Positions 41,748-48,601 of a DNA stretch of 64,000 nt are shown one piece after another. Position 1 is the stretch's first letter. Every line of letters begins with the position of its first letter. The stretch is from the IMG/VR virus record IMGVR_UViG_3300033077_000655; one strand, 5' to 3'. Both the position numbers and the translations under genes were made by a program. Origin of the DNA: a virus. Its lineage: Duplodnaviria > Heunggongvirae > Uroviricota > Caudoviricetes. The notes beneath the pieces are model-generated. The model did not search any database and was not told the DNA's origin. It was given only the letters and a program-made list of their open reading frames with translations.

Positions 41748-41984
41748 TAGAGTAGGAAAATAGTGTGAAGTATCCCAGTAACGAGGACTGGGCCCTGCAC
41801 TTTAAACATGGGGCAAACGGGCGGTGACGAGGATGGCTTATCTTCTTGTAGATAAAAAAATTCGTCATATTTAAATACATTCATTGTCTTTCATGGTAGA
41901 ACATGTTTAACTTTGGGCTTTGCCGCCCGAGGGGATAGTAAATGTGTTTTAATATACGCATTCTAAAGAGTGCGTAAATAATCA

Positions 41985-42743
41985 ATGTCCGTATTCTTAG
42001 ACTCAGTGATAGAGTTCTACATCACCAATCAATGCAACCTAGCCTGCACCAACTGCAATAGGTTCAATGATCACGATTTCCGTGGTCACTACTATTGGGA
42101 GGATTCTGCACCTGCTGTCACAGCATGGAGTCAACGTATCAATGCATCAATGATAGTGATCATTGGCGGTGAACCCAGCTTGCATCCTGGGTTAGAAACT
42201 TGGGTGATGAATCTTCGCAGATTATGGCCGGACACCACAATCATGATTCAGAGTAATGGCACTAATGCAAAAATAGCAAAAGATCTCGACTCTTACAGCA
42301 AGTACCATGTGGGATGGGGTATAAGTGTACATCGTCCTGAGATGCGACCTGCATTAGAACGACAATGGGGCAACCTTATTGACAACACAGAATTTACCCC
42401 GGCTGCAATTATTCCGCAAGGTGATGCATTTGTTGTTCATCAGAGCAATCCGATAACTGCATTCAAAGCCTGCACCATGCGGCATAGTCACACTGTATTC
42501 AAAGGAAAACTGTACAAGTGTCCTGTGATGGCTGTGCTGCCAGAGTTCCGCACACAGCAATCAGTAATCATGGATACCAGGCAAGAACAGTTGTTGGCTC
42601 AGTATCAACCATTGAGTGCGGACTGTACTGAGCAACAGTTGACGGACTTTGTAGACACAAGAAATCAACCCATTGATCAATGTGAATTTTGCCCTGGTGA
42701 ATTTGATTTCCAGCCAGTGGTATTTCACAAAAGAAAAAAATAA
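41985..42743 (+). CDS. radical SAM protein (single Cx3Cx2C cluster)
   Basis: FYITNQCNLACTNCNRF...IIGGEPSLHPGL. Confidence 0.5.
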   Translation: MSVFLDSVIEFYITNQCNLACTNCNRFNDHDFRGHYYWEDSAPAVTAWSQRINASMIVIIGGEPSLHPGLETWVMNLRRLWPDTTIMIQSNGTNAKIAKDLDSYSKYHVGWGISVHRPEMRPALERQWGNLIDNTEFTPAAIIPQGDAFVVHQSNPITAFKACTMRHSHTVFKGKLYKCPVMAVLPEFRTQQSVIMDTRQEQLLAQYQPLSADCTEQQLTDFVDTRNQPIDQCEFCPGEFDFQPVVFHKRKK

Positions 42744-42744
42744 C

Positions 42745-42819
42745 GCCCTTGTGGACAAATTGGCAAAGTCGCTTCTCTCAAAAGGAAGAGTTCTCTCGGT
42801 TCGAGTCCGAGCAAGGGTA
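42745..42819 (+). tRNA. tRNA, anticodon CAA (Leu by anticodon) but without a long variable arm
   Basis: Acceptor GCCCTTG/CAAGGGT; anticodon arm CTTCT-CTCAAAA-GGAAG; T arm CTCGG-TTCGAGT-CCGAG; CCA encoded. Confidence 0.5.
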
Positions 42820-42830
42820 CCAAAATTTAT

Positions 42831-42901
42831 AGGCGTGTGGTGTAATGGTAACACAACAGACTTTGACTCTGTCGTTCTAGGTTCGAGCCCTGGCACGTCT
42901 G
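42831..42901 (+). tRNA. tRNA-Gln (TTG)
   Basis: Acceptor AGGCGTG/CACGTCT; anticodon arm ACAGA-CTTTGAC-TCTGT; T arm CTAGG-TTCGAGC-CCTGG. Confidence 0.7.
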
Positions 42902-42930
42902 CCATGTAACAAAGACCCTTCAAACAGGAA

Positions 42931-43090
42931 GGGCTTTACAAAACAAGTTGACCAGTATCGCACATGGTGTTATACTAGAGACTAGTTAGAAAGCAACAAG
43001 ATTTGCAAAGTCCTTCCAAGTTGTAGGGCTTTACAAAACAAGTTGACCAGTATCGCACATGGTGTTATACTAGAGACTAGTTAGAAAGCA
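42931..43090 (+). repeat. two copies of a 65-bp direct repeat, each carrying a TTGACC-N17-TATACT promoter
   Basis: Copy 1 at 42931-42995 and copy 2 at 43026-43090 are identical over 65 bp. Promoter hexamers at 42948-42953/42971-42976 and 43043-43048/43066-43071. Confidence 0.7.
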
Positions 43091-43406
43091 GCACAGTGCA
43101 TCGACACTGTGCAGCAAGGTTCATTAAAAATTCAATTTTGTATAGTGTACCCAGATTCAGTTCTGGGCACTATATGTAAACATATTAGGTTACCTACACC
43201 GTTAGGTAGTTTAAGAAAGGAGCAACAGGGGCACCTGACGCAATCTTAGACCACATGAAATAGGGTACTCTTGCGTAGCTGAGAGACCACCCGGAAAAGC
43301 GACGGACTATGTAGGAAGTAATGACCGCAACAGCCTGTGAGAGATGCGCTTACAAGTGGACATAGAGTTGCAATGGTTCCTTAATGTGTTTTCATATAGT
43401 GATTTT

Positions 43407-43478
43407 GCTGCATTCGTCTATCGGTTAGGACAGCGGGTTTTCAGTCCGCTAAGAGGAGTTCGACTCTCCTATGCAGTA
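43407..43478 (+). tRNA. tRNA-Glu (TTC)
   Basis: Acceptor GCTGCAT/ATGCAGT; anticodon arm GCGGG-TTTTCAG-TCCGC; T arm AGGAG-TTCGACT-CTCCT; CCA encoded. Confidence 0.7.
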
Positions 43479-43487
43479 CCAAATTTA

Positions 43488-43559
43488 GGTGCGTTCATAT
43501 AACGGTCATTATCCTGGATTGTCTATCCAGAGACGGGAGTTCGACTCTCCCACGCATCG
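43488..43559 (+). tRNA. tRNA-Asp (GTC)
   Basis: Acceptor GGTGCGT/ACGCATC; anticodon arm CTGGA-TTGTCTA-TCCAG; T arm GGGAG-TTCGACT-CTCCC. Confidence 0.7.
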
Positions 43560-43658
43560 CCAAGTTAATGGAGAAGCGGGTGCTGCGGCATCTGTTATCC
43601 ACCATACATTAACGTCCGCTTTCCTGGCGAGTGTTATAAATACTTGTAGGAGAACACT

Positions 43659-44060
43659 ATGAGTATATCGAATGAAAAGGGAGAAATAGGAGAAGCGGCA
43701 TTTGTGCTTGCTTCTGCTAAACAAGGATACTGGACTGGTAAAATGCCACAAGGGTGTCCTTATGATTATGTGTTAGATAGACATGATGGAAAACTTTTAA
43801 GAGTTCAAGTCAAATTTAGATCGTTAGAAAGTAACGGAGTAGTTACTATTAAGCTAACGCAAAACACATTCACAAACAGAGTTTCTTACAACAAAAGCAA
43901 CATTGATTATATAGCAGTTTATGTAAATGAATTAGATAAAGTATATCTTATACCTATTACAGAAATATGTGATGTGAAAGAAGTTAAACTTCGTTGTATA
44001 GAATCTATAAAAAGAAAAGATAATAACTCTCGTATAATAACAGAATACGCAGAGTGGTAA
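43659..44060 (+). CDS. small PD-(D/E)XK-like nuclease candidate
   Basis: GEIGE...PYDYVLD...LRVQVK resembles an E...PD...(E/Q)xK arrangement. Weak. Confidence 0.3.
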   Translation: MSISNEKGEIGEAAFVLASAKQGYWTGKMPQGCPYDYVLDRHDGKLLRVQVKFRSLESNGVVTIKLTQNTFTNRVSYNKSNIDYIAVYVNELDKVYLIPITEICDVKEVKLRCIESIKRKDNNSRIITEYAEW

Positions 44061-44063
44061 TTT

Positions 44064-44135
44064 GGCCGTGTAACTCAGAGGCAGAGTAATCCCTTGATAA
44101 GGGATAAGTCGACATTTCGAAATTGTCCATGGCTA
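44064..44135 (+). tRNA. tRNA-Ile (GAT)
   Basis: Anticodon arm ATCCC-TTGATAA-GGGAT; atypical T arm GACA-TTTCGAAAT-TGTC (9-nt loop, or a T·T closing pair). Confidence 0.6.
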
Positions 44136-44148
44136 CCAATTAAATAAT

Positions 44149-44232
44149 GGAGTAGACGCCTGAGAGGAAGGGCACCCGGCTGTAACCCGGAGGTCAGCAA
44201 GTTCTGTAGAGGTTCGAACCCTCTCTGCTCCA
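44149..44232 (+). tRNA. class-II tRNA, anticodon GTA (Tyr-like)
   Basis: Acceptor GGAGTAG/CTGCTCC; anticodon loop CTGTAAC on a CCGG/CCGG stem; variable-arm hairpin CAGcaagttCTG; T arm AGAGG-TTCGAAC-CCTCT. Confidence 0.6.
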
Positions 44233-44244
44233 CCAATATAATAC

Positions 44245-44315
44245 ATCCTCCTAGTGTAATGGCAGCACTACAGTCTCCAAAACTGTCAGTCAAGGTTCGA
44301 GTCCTTGGGTCGATG
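44245..44315 (+). tRNA. tRNA-Trp (CCA)-like with two acceptor-stem mismatches
   Basis: Anticodon arm ACAGT-CTCCAAA-ACTGT; T arm CAAGG-TTCGAGT-CCTTG; acceptor ATCCTCC/GGTCGAT has C·C and T·T mismatches. A better copy lies at 52169. Confidence 0.4.
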
Positions 44316-44326
44316 CCAAACAATAT

Positions 44327-44398
44327 GGGGGCAGCAGAGGGCTGCGGAGTTGCCTTGCAAGCATCTTGTCTAGAGGGGTTCGATACCCCCGGCCTCCA
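44327..44398 (+). tRNA. tRNA-Ala (TGC)
   Basis: G3·U70 wobble in the acceptor GGGGGCA/GGCCTCC; anticodon loop CTTGCAA; T loop TTCGATA. Confidence 0.65.
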
Positions 44399-44516
44399 CC
44401 AATTTTCGGAGACTGAAACTTGCTACTTGCATCCTCTTAGATCAGGGCAAAGGCAAGCGGATAAAGTGGACGGCACATGGGGCATGCCTGTGTGTAGGCT
44501 GTCTCCATCTTTTTAT

Positions 44517-44587
44517 GCGGGGTTCGTATAGTGGTAATACCTTAGCCTTCCAAGCTAAAGCGAGGAGTTCGATTCTCCTACCCCGCT
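44517..44587 (+). tRNA. tRNA-Gly (TCC)
   Basis: Perfect acceptor GCGGGGT/ACCCCGC; anticodon arm TTAGC-CTTCCAA-GCTAA; T arm GAGGAG-TTCGATT-CTCCT. Confidence 0.85.
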
Positions 44588-44598
44588 CCAAGTTTAAT

Positions 44599-44672
44599 CT
44601 GTGTTTAGCTCAGTCTGGTAGAGTTCTTGGCCTGGAACCAAGGGGTCGTAGGTTCGAATCCTACAGCGCAGA
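44599..44672 (+). tRNA. tRNA-Pro (TGG)-like
   Basis: Anticodon arm CTTGG-CCTGGAA-CCAAG (C at position 33 is unusual); T arm GTAGG-TTCGAAT-CCTAC. Confidence 0.6.
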
Positions 44673-44680
44673 CCAATTAA

Positions 44681-44767
44681 GGAACGGTCCCATAATGGCA
44701 TTGGAGAAGATTGCTAATCTTTCGATCGTAGTAATACGGTTTCTGAGTTCGAGTCTCAGTCGTTCCG
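44681..44767 (+). tRNA. tRNA-Ser (GCT), class II
   Basis: Acceptor GGAACGG/TCGTTCC; anticodon arm GAAGA-TTGCTAA-TCTTT; variable-arm hairpin CGTAgtaaTACG; T arm CTGAG-TTCGAGT-CTCAG. Confidence 0.8.
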
Positions 44768-44777
44768 CCAATACAAT

Positions 44778-44850
44778 GCCGCGGTAGCTCATCAGGTAGA
44801 GCAGCAGACTGAAAATCTGTGTGTGGCTGGTTCGAGTCCAGCTCGTGGTA
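44778..44850 (+). tRNA. tRNA-Phe (GAA)
   Basis: D arm GCTC-ATCAGGTA-GAGC; anticodon arm GCAGA-CTGAAAA-TCTGT; T arm GCTGG-TTCGAGT-CCAGC. Confidence 0.7.
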
Positions 44851-45325
44851 CCAAGTTTATCCCTGCGTGGTGTACAAGTAGCACGACGCCGTATACACGT
44901 AAGCAGTAAGCGCAATTCTTACTCGCAGGGGCCAAGTTTATGTGTGAGAGCCGGATTAGTGACGGTGCCGATGTAGTTCGGTGAAAGGGTGAGCGAACCC
45001 ACCCCCACACACCAAGTTTTGCACCTGGCGTAATGGAAGCGTTACAGGTTAGTATCGAAAGATATACCCGAGAGGCGATGCGGGGGGTGCAGGGTTCGAT
45101 TCCCTGCGGTGCATTCAAGTTTTGTAAGTGTCAGCAAGAGAAAGACTCGCTGGGAAGATTCTTCGAAGGTCAACCCAGTGTAAAAGTAGATCCGGTTCAA
45201 ATCCGGCTAGGCTACGGAGCGTCTATGTCAGAGTATCCCAAGTGACGGACCACCTACCGTCCGGACTAGTGCATTCGGTTAAAAGGTTGCGATAACAGTG
45301 GCGCAACTACTTGCAAATTCAATCT

Positions 45326-45406
45326 GGAGATGTGGCAGAGTGGCCGATTGCGACAGACTGTAAATCTGTTCTTAACAGCGCGGTGGTTCGAATCCATCCG
45401 TCTCCA
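45326..45406 (+). tRNA. tRNA-Tyr (GTA), class II
   Basis: Acceptor GGAGATG/CGTCTCC; anticodon arm ACAGA-CTGTAAA-TCTGT; 12-nt variable region; T arm GGTGG-TTCGAAT-CCATC. Confidence 0.7.
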
Positions 45407-45433
45407 CCACACAAGAGATATATAAAGTATTAT

Positions 45434-45506
45434 TCCGACGAAGCAAACACGGTGTGGGCAGAGGACTGTTAATCCTTGAAGGCTGGTTCGATTCCAGCGG
45501 TCGGAG
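45434..45506 (+). tRNA. tRNA-Asn (GTT)-like with a weak D arm and a 7:66 mismatch
   Basis: Anticodon arm GAGGA-CTGTTAA-TCCTT; T arm GCTGG-TTCGATT-CCAGC. Confidence 0.45.
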
Positions 45507-45516
45507 CCAAATTCAA

Positions 45517-45587
45517 GCCCTATTAGTATAATGGCATTATCACGGTTTTGTAATCCGTTGACGGGAGTTCGATTCTCTCATGGGGCA
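45517..45587 (+). tRNA. tRNA-Thr (TGT)
   Basis: Acceptor GCCCTAT/ATGGGGC; anticodon loop TTTGTAA; T arm GGGAG-TTCGATT-CTCTC. Confidence 0.65.
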
Positions 45588-45595
45588 CCATACAT

Positions 45596-46245
45596 ATGAA
45601 AAAAGCATTGATATTAGGATGTAGTCATTCAGTAGGAGAGGAGATGAGTAAAGAACCAGGATTGGTTTTTAATGATTTGGCTCAGGCCACAGACTACGAG
45701 ATAACCCACTGTTATCCTGCACAAATTGCCCGAAAGCTGGGATATACCGCGTCAATCGAGGTATATCCGGAGGCAGTAACGATGCCATGTTTAGATTGTT
45801 TTTAAATGGGACATTAACACCCAACGACATAGTAATTGCTTGTTGGTCCGGAGTAGATCGAAGTGAAGTCTATGATAAAACATGGTTGCAATTATGCCCG
45901 GGTGCTCCAATACCAAAAGAAATTACTTCCGACTACTTTAAACAATGGTTGTTGTATTCAGCTAATACCGAAGTAGGTATGTTAAATAAAACAAAAAACA
46001 TACTAGCACTTAATGCATTGGCTCACGCACAAGGCATACGAGTCATAAACATAGATAGTTTTTGGCCTGTTAATTTTTGGCCTATAGTAAATTACGTCTG
46101 GCCCAACACAGTAAAATGGGCTGTGGACATTGATTTTATGTCGTGGTGCCAACGACACAACTTTCCTCATACAGAAAGAGTTCATTTTTTTAAACCAGCA
46201 CATGATTCGTTTGCCGAACATGTGCTAGAGAATATCGCGGAGTAG
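45596..46245 (+). pseudogene. SGNH-like hydrolase gene split by a frameshift in a T5 run (ORFs 45596-45805 and 45787-46245)
   Basis: ILGCSHSVGEE N-terminus parallels NGDSHTAGAE of the 22066 ORF. The two frames abut at gtttttaaa (about 45798-45803). Confidence 0.4.
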
Positions 46246-46311
46246 GGGAGTCTAGCCGTCCCCGCCAGTCTCATAAGCTGGAGATCGCAGGTGCGAATCC
46301 TGCCTCCGCAA
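46236..46311 (+). tRNA. tRNA-Met (CAT) with a C1·A72 mismatch, initiator-like
   Basis: CGCGGAG...CTCCGCA-A acceptor with unpaired C1/A72; D stem GGGG/CCCC; anticodon loop CTCATAA; T arm GCAGG-TGCGAAT-CCTGC; CCA encoded. Confidence 0.65.
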
Positions 46312-46387
46312 CCAAGTCAAGTCCATGCGTCACTCACTTTGACTGAGTGTTTGTTCCGTTATTGGAGAGTCTCTGGACTGTTTTTTT

Positions 46388-46461
46388 ACCGCCTTGGCTC
46401 AATTGGATAGAGCACTGGATTACGAATCCGGGGGTTGGGAGTTCGAATCTCTCAGGTGGTA
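46388..46461 (+). tRNA. tRNA-Arg (ACG)
   Basis: D arm GCTC-AATTGGATA-GAGC; anticodon arm CTGGA-TTACGAA-TCCGG; T arm GGGAG-TTCGAAT-CTCTC. Preceded by a T7 run. Confidence 0.75.
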
Positions 46462-46474
46462 CCAAAAATAACGG

Positions 46475-46503
46475 TTGACAACTACCGCAAAAGGTTGTAT
46501 AAT
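46475..46503 (+). promoter_or_regulatory. perfect-consensus sigma70 promoter TTGACA-N17-TATAAT
   Basis: TTGACA at 46475-46480 and TATAAT at 46498-46503. Confidence 0.6.
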
Positions 46504-46617
46504 TAACACATAAACAAAAAGGAACTATATGAAGCCAACAGCTAAACTATAGTGTCAATCATAGATCCCGTATATGGTCTTGGGTTGGCACATTAAAGAC
46601 AATTTGATATGCACAAC

Positions 46618-46689
46618 CCATGCTAAACTTTAGTGGTGAAGTAACCGGCTCTTAACCGGAGGAACAGAGTTCGAGTCTCTGAGCATGGA
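46618..46689 (+). tRNA. tRNA-Lys (CTT)
   Basis: Acceptor CCATGCT/AGCATGG; anticodon loop CTCTTAA; T arm CAGAG-TTCGAGT-CTCTG. Confidence 0.65.
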
Positions 46690-46696
46690 CCATATA

Positions 46697-46768
46697 CGGG
46701 GTATAATTCAATGGTTAGAATAGCCGGCTTTTAACCGGTCTATCACGGTTCGAGTCCGTGTGCCCCGA
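46697..46768 (+). tRNA. tRNA-Lys (TTT)
   Basis: Acceptor CGGGGTA/TGCCCCG; anticodon arm GCCGG-CTTTTAA-CCGGT; T arm CACGG-TTCGAGT-CCGTG. Confidence 0.75.
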
Positions 46769-46927
46769 CCATATAAAAACATACTGTGAGGCGCTAGTTG
46801 CATGGCGAATTTAAACAGAATGCAACCCGTCATGTAATAAGTGTACATAAAGATGATGAGCAGTGTGTTTTTATATGGTAAAACAGGAGTAATTACCCTG
46901 CACCATAATCGGGAGTCATGACCCGAT

Positions 46928-47027
46928 GAACTCGTAGTGATGGAATGGTCAAACATAGGCCTCTTATCGGGCCGGTGGAGTTAAATGCCCACTTGCAGGT
47001 TTCGAAATCCTGCCTACAATGAGTTCG
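46928..47027 (+). ncRNA. 100-nt tRNA-like RNA of unclear identity
   Basis: GAACTCG...TGAGTTC-G-CCA acceptor-like pairing; T-arm-like GCAGG-TTTCGAAAT-CCTGC; internal hairpins; no canonical anticodon arm found. Confidence 0.35.
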
Positions 47028-47110
47028 CCATATAAAAACACATTTTTAACTAGGCATGCCCCTGCAAGGGTTTAACAGCAGTTTTGAGTGTGTTTCTATA
47101 TGGTTTTATG

Positions 47111-47181
47111 TTGGCCATGGTGTAATGGAAGCACCCGACTCTGTGAAAGTCGTAGCATGGGATCGTTACCCATTGGTCAAC
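47111..47181 (+). tRNA. tRNA-His (GTG)
   Basis: G-1 at 47110 and discriminator C; anticodon arm CGACT-CTGTGAA-AGTCG; T arm ATGGG-ATCGTTA-CCCAT (A at position 54). Confidence 0.7.
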
Positions 47182-47364
47182 CCAAATTAAAGATTGTTTA
47201 TAAAACGCAAAGCTAGATTCACGTTGGTAAAATAACGCAACTGAGCTTCGGCCGTAAACACATCATACACGATGATGCAGCAAACACCGATATCGCTTAG
47301 GCTTAGATGAAAATTCAAGCCCTGTGGTGTTAGGTTTTGATAGCGTCTCACACAAGTATTTATT

Positions 47365-47436
47365 GGTCATGTGGCGTAGATGGATGCGCACCGCCCTCAT
47401 AAGGCGAGGAGGTTGGATCGATACCAACCATGACCA
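47365..47436 (+). tRNA. tRNA-Met/Ile2 (CAT)
   Basis: Perfect acceptor GGTCATG/CATGACC; anticodon loop CTCATAA; T arm GTTGG-ATCGATA-CCAAC. Confidence 0.7.
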
Positions 47437-47440
47437 CCAT

Positions 47441-47513
47441 GCCCTGGTGACGGAATGGCATACGTACTGGTCTTAGAAACCAGGTTCTGTGGGTTCGAGT
47501 CCCACCTAGGGCA
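47441..47513 (+). tRNA. tRNA with anticodon TAG (Leu by anticodon) but class-I length
   Basis: Acceptor GCCCTGG/CTAGGGC; perfect anticodon arm CTGGT-CTTAGAA-ACCAG; T arm GTGGG-TTCGAGT-CCCAC. Confidence 0.6.
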
Positions 47514-47526
47514 CCATGATTAGTTT

Positions 47527-47598
47527 GGGGGATTGATATAGTTGGAAACATACTGTCATGGCATGGCAGCATCAGCAGTTCGAATCTGCTATCCTCCA
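47527..47598 (+). tRNA. tRNA-Ala (GGC)
   Basis: G3·U70 in the acceptor GGGGGAT/ATCCTCC; anticodon arm CTGTC-ATGGCAT-GGCAG; T arm AGCAG-TTCGAAT-CTGCT. Confidence 0.7.
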
Positions 47599-47668
47599 CC
47601 AACGCAGACTCTTGGTTCAATGGTAGAACGGTATTACTATAAATAGTATTCTACCATTGGAGAATAAG

Positions 47669-48055
47669 ATGCCAAAACCAAAAATCCATCCTCGCATATA
47701 TAATTGTATTCATTGTGGAACAGAGAATGAATGGACCACAAAAAAGAATAATAAGTTTTGTAACCATTCTTGTCAGCAAAATTATAGATGGATAAATGAA
47801 ACAAAACCATTGATAGAATCTGGGAAAAAAAATACAAACAATTTTAGAGCCTTACTAAAATATGTCAAAGAACGAGATGGCTATAAATGTAAAATTTGTG
47901 ATTTAACCAATTGGCAAGGAAACCCTATATCATTGGATTTAGATCACATAGATGGAAATAATAAAAACAATTTTCCAAGTAACCTACGATTGTTATGTCC
48001 TAACTGTCATAGGCAAACTCCTACTTGGGGTAATAAAACTCGTTCTGGTCTATAG
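47669..48055 (+). CDS. HNH homing endonuclease
   Basis: LDLDHIDGNNKNN...LRLLCPNCH. Start set at the ATG at 47669, which has a GGAG RBS. Confidence 0.7.
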   Translation: MPKPKIHPRIYNCIHCGTENEWTTKKNNKFCNHSCQQNYRWINETKPLIESGKKNTNNFRALLKYVKERDGYKCKICDLTNWQGNPISLDLDHIDGNNKNNFPSNLRLLCPNCHRQTPTWGNKTRSGL

Positions 48056-48117
48056 ATTAGCGGTAAATCGTTACGTTGACATCGTAAAGATCACTGGTTC
48101 GATTCCAGTTAGACCAA
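48046..48117 (+). tRNA. tRNA-Val (GAC)
   Basis: Perfect acceptor TGGTCTA/TAGACCA; anticodon arm TTACG-TTGACAT-CGTAA; T arm ACTGG-TTCGATT-CCAGT. Overlaps the HNH stop. Confidence 0.75.
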
Positions 48118-48121
48118 CCAG

Positions 48122-48150
48122 TTGACAAGTATCACAAGTGATGCTATAAT
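48122..48150 (+). promoter_or_regulatory. consensus promoter TTGACA-N17-TATAAT
   Basis: TTGACA at 48122-48127 and TATAAT at 48145-48150; the spacer contains the palindrome ATCACAAGTGAT. Confidence 0.55.
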
Positions 48151-48358
48151 TGCAGCATGTTAAGAAATTAACATACGCTCATTAAAAATTTATTGATATA
48201 AAGACTGGAAACAGTCCAAGTCTTTATATCCACATGCACAAATGCCTTGCGCAGGCAGATGTAGCGGATTACAGCTCTGGTCAATCCGGGGTAGGCAGGT
48301 TCAATTCCTGCAAGTGTATGTGGATATAGAGATTTTGATAATTCAAAATAAAAAATTT

Positions 48359-48431
48359 GCCTGGTTGCGTAGAGAGGTTATACGTCTCCTTTACACGGAG
48401 AGCGATGACAGTTCGAGTCTGTCACCAGGTA
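48359..48431 (+). tRNA. tRNA-Val (TAC)
   Basis: Acceptor GCCTGGT/ACCAGGT; anticodon arm TCTCC-TTTACAC-GGAGA; T arm GACAG-TTCGAGT-CTGTC. Confidence 0.75.
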
Positions 48432-48438
48432 CCAATAT

Positions 48439-48513
48439 GCAACGGTGGCAGAGCGGCCCAATGCAAGGGATTGCAAATCCCTAAAACCGGGGGTTCAAAT
48501 CCCTCCCGTTGCT
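48439..48513 (+). tRNA. tRNA-Cys (GCA)
   Basis: Perfect acceptor GCAACGG/CCGTTGC; anticodon arm AGGGA-TTGCAAA-TCCCT; T loop TTCAAAT. Confidence 0.8.
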
Positions 48514-48523
48514 CCACATAATC

Positions 48524-48594
48524 CTCGGTATAGTGAAATGGTATCACCCGTGCTTTGGGAGCATGAAGCGGAAGTTCGATTCTTCCTACCGAGA
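48524..48594 (+). tRNA. tRNA-Pro (TGG) with G37
   Basis: Perfect acceptor CTCGGTA/TACCGAG; anticodon arm CGTGC-TTTGGGA-GCATG; T arm GGAAG-TTCGATT-CTTCC. Confidence 0.7.
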
Positions 48595-48601
48595 CCAACA
48601 A

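Noticed and set aside
44259-45245. Small ORFs inside the tRNA array (44259-44531, 44515-44787, 45033-45245, and minus-strand 44661-45118).
   Set aside because: Their sequence is fully accounted for by tRNA genes and tRNA-like RNAs. The predicted proteins are low-complexity and lack start signals.
47657-47668. TTG start for the HNH ORF given in the six-frame track.
   Set aside because: An ATG 12 nt downstream has a GGAG RBS at the right spacing, and the TTG lies inside a long hairpin.
47601-47668. Apparent tRNA 5' half (GACTCTTGGTTCAATGGTAGAAC) upstream of the HNH gene.
   Set aside because: It starts with a tRNA-like D arm but continues as an 11-bp perfect inverted repeat (CAATGGTAGAA...TTCTACCATTG) with no anticodon or T arm. 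It is more likely a regulatory hairpin or the remnant of an HNH insertion than a tRNA.
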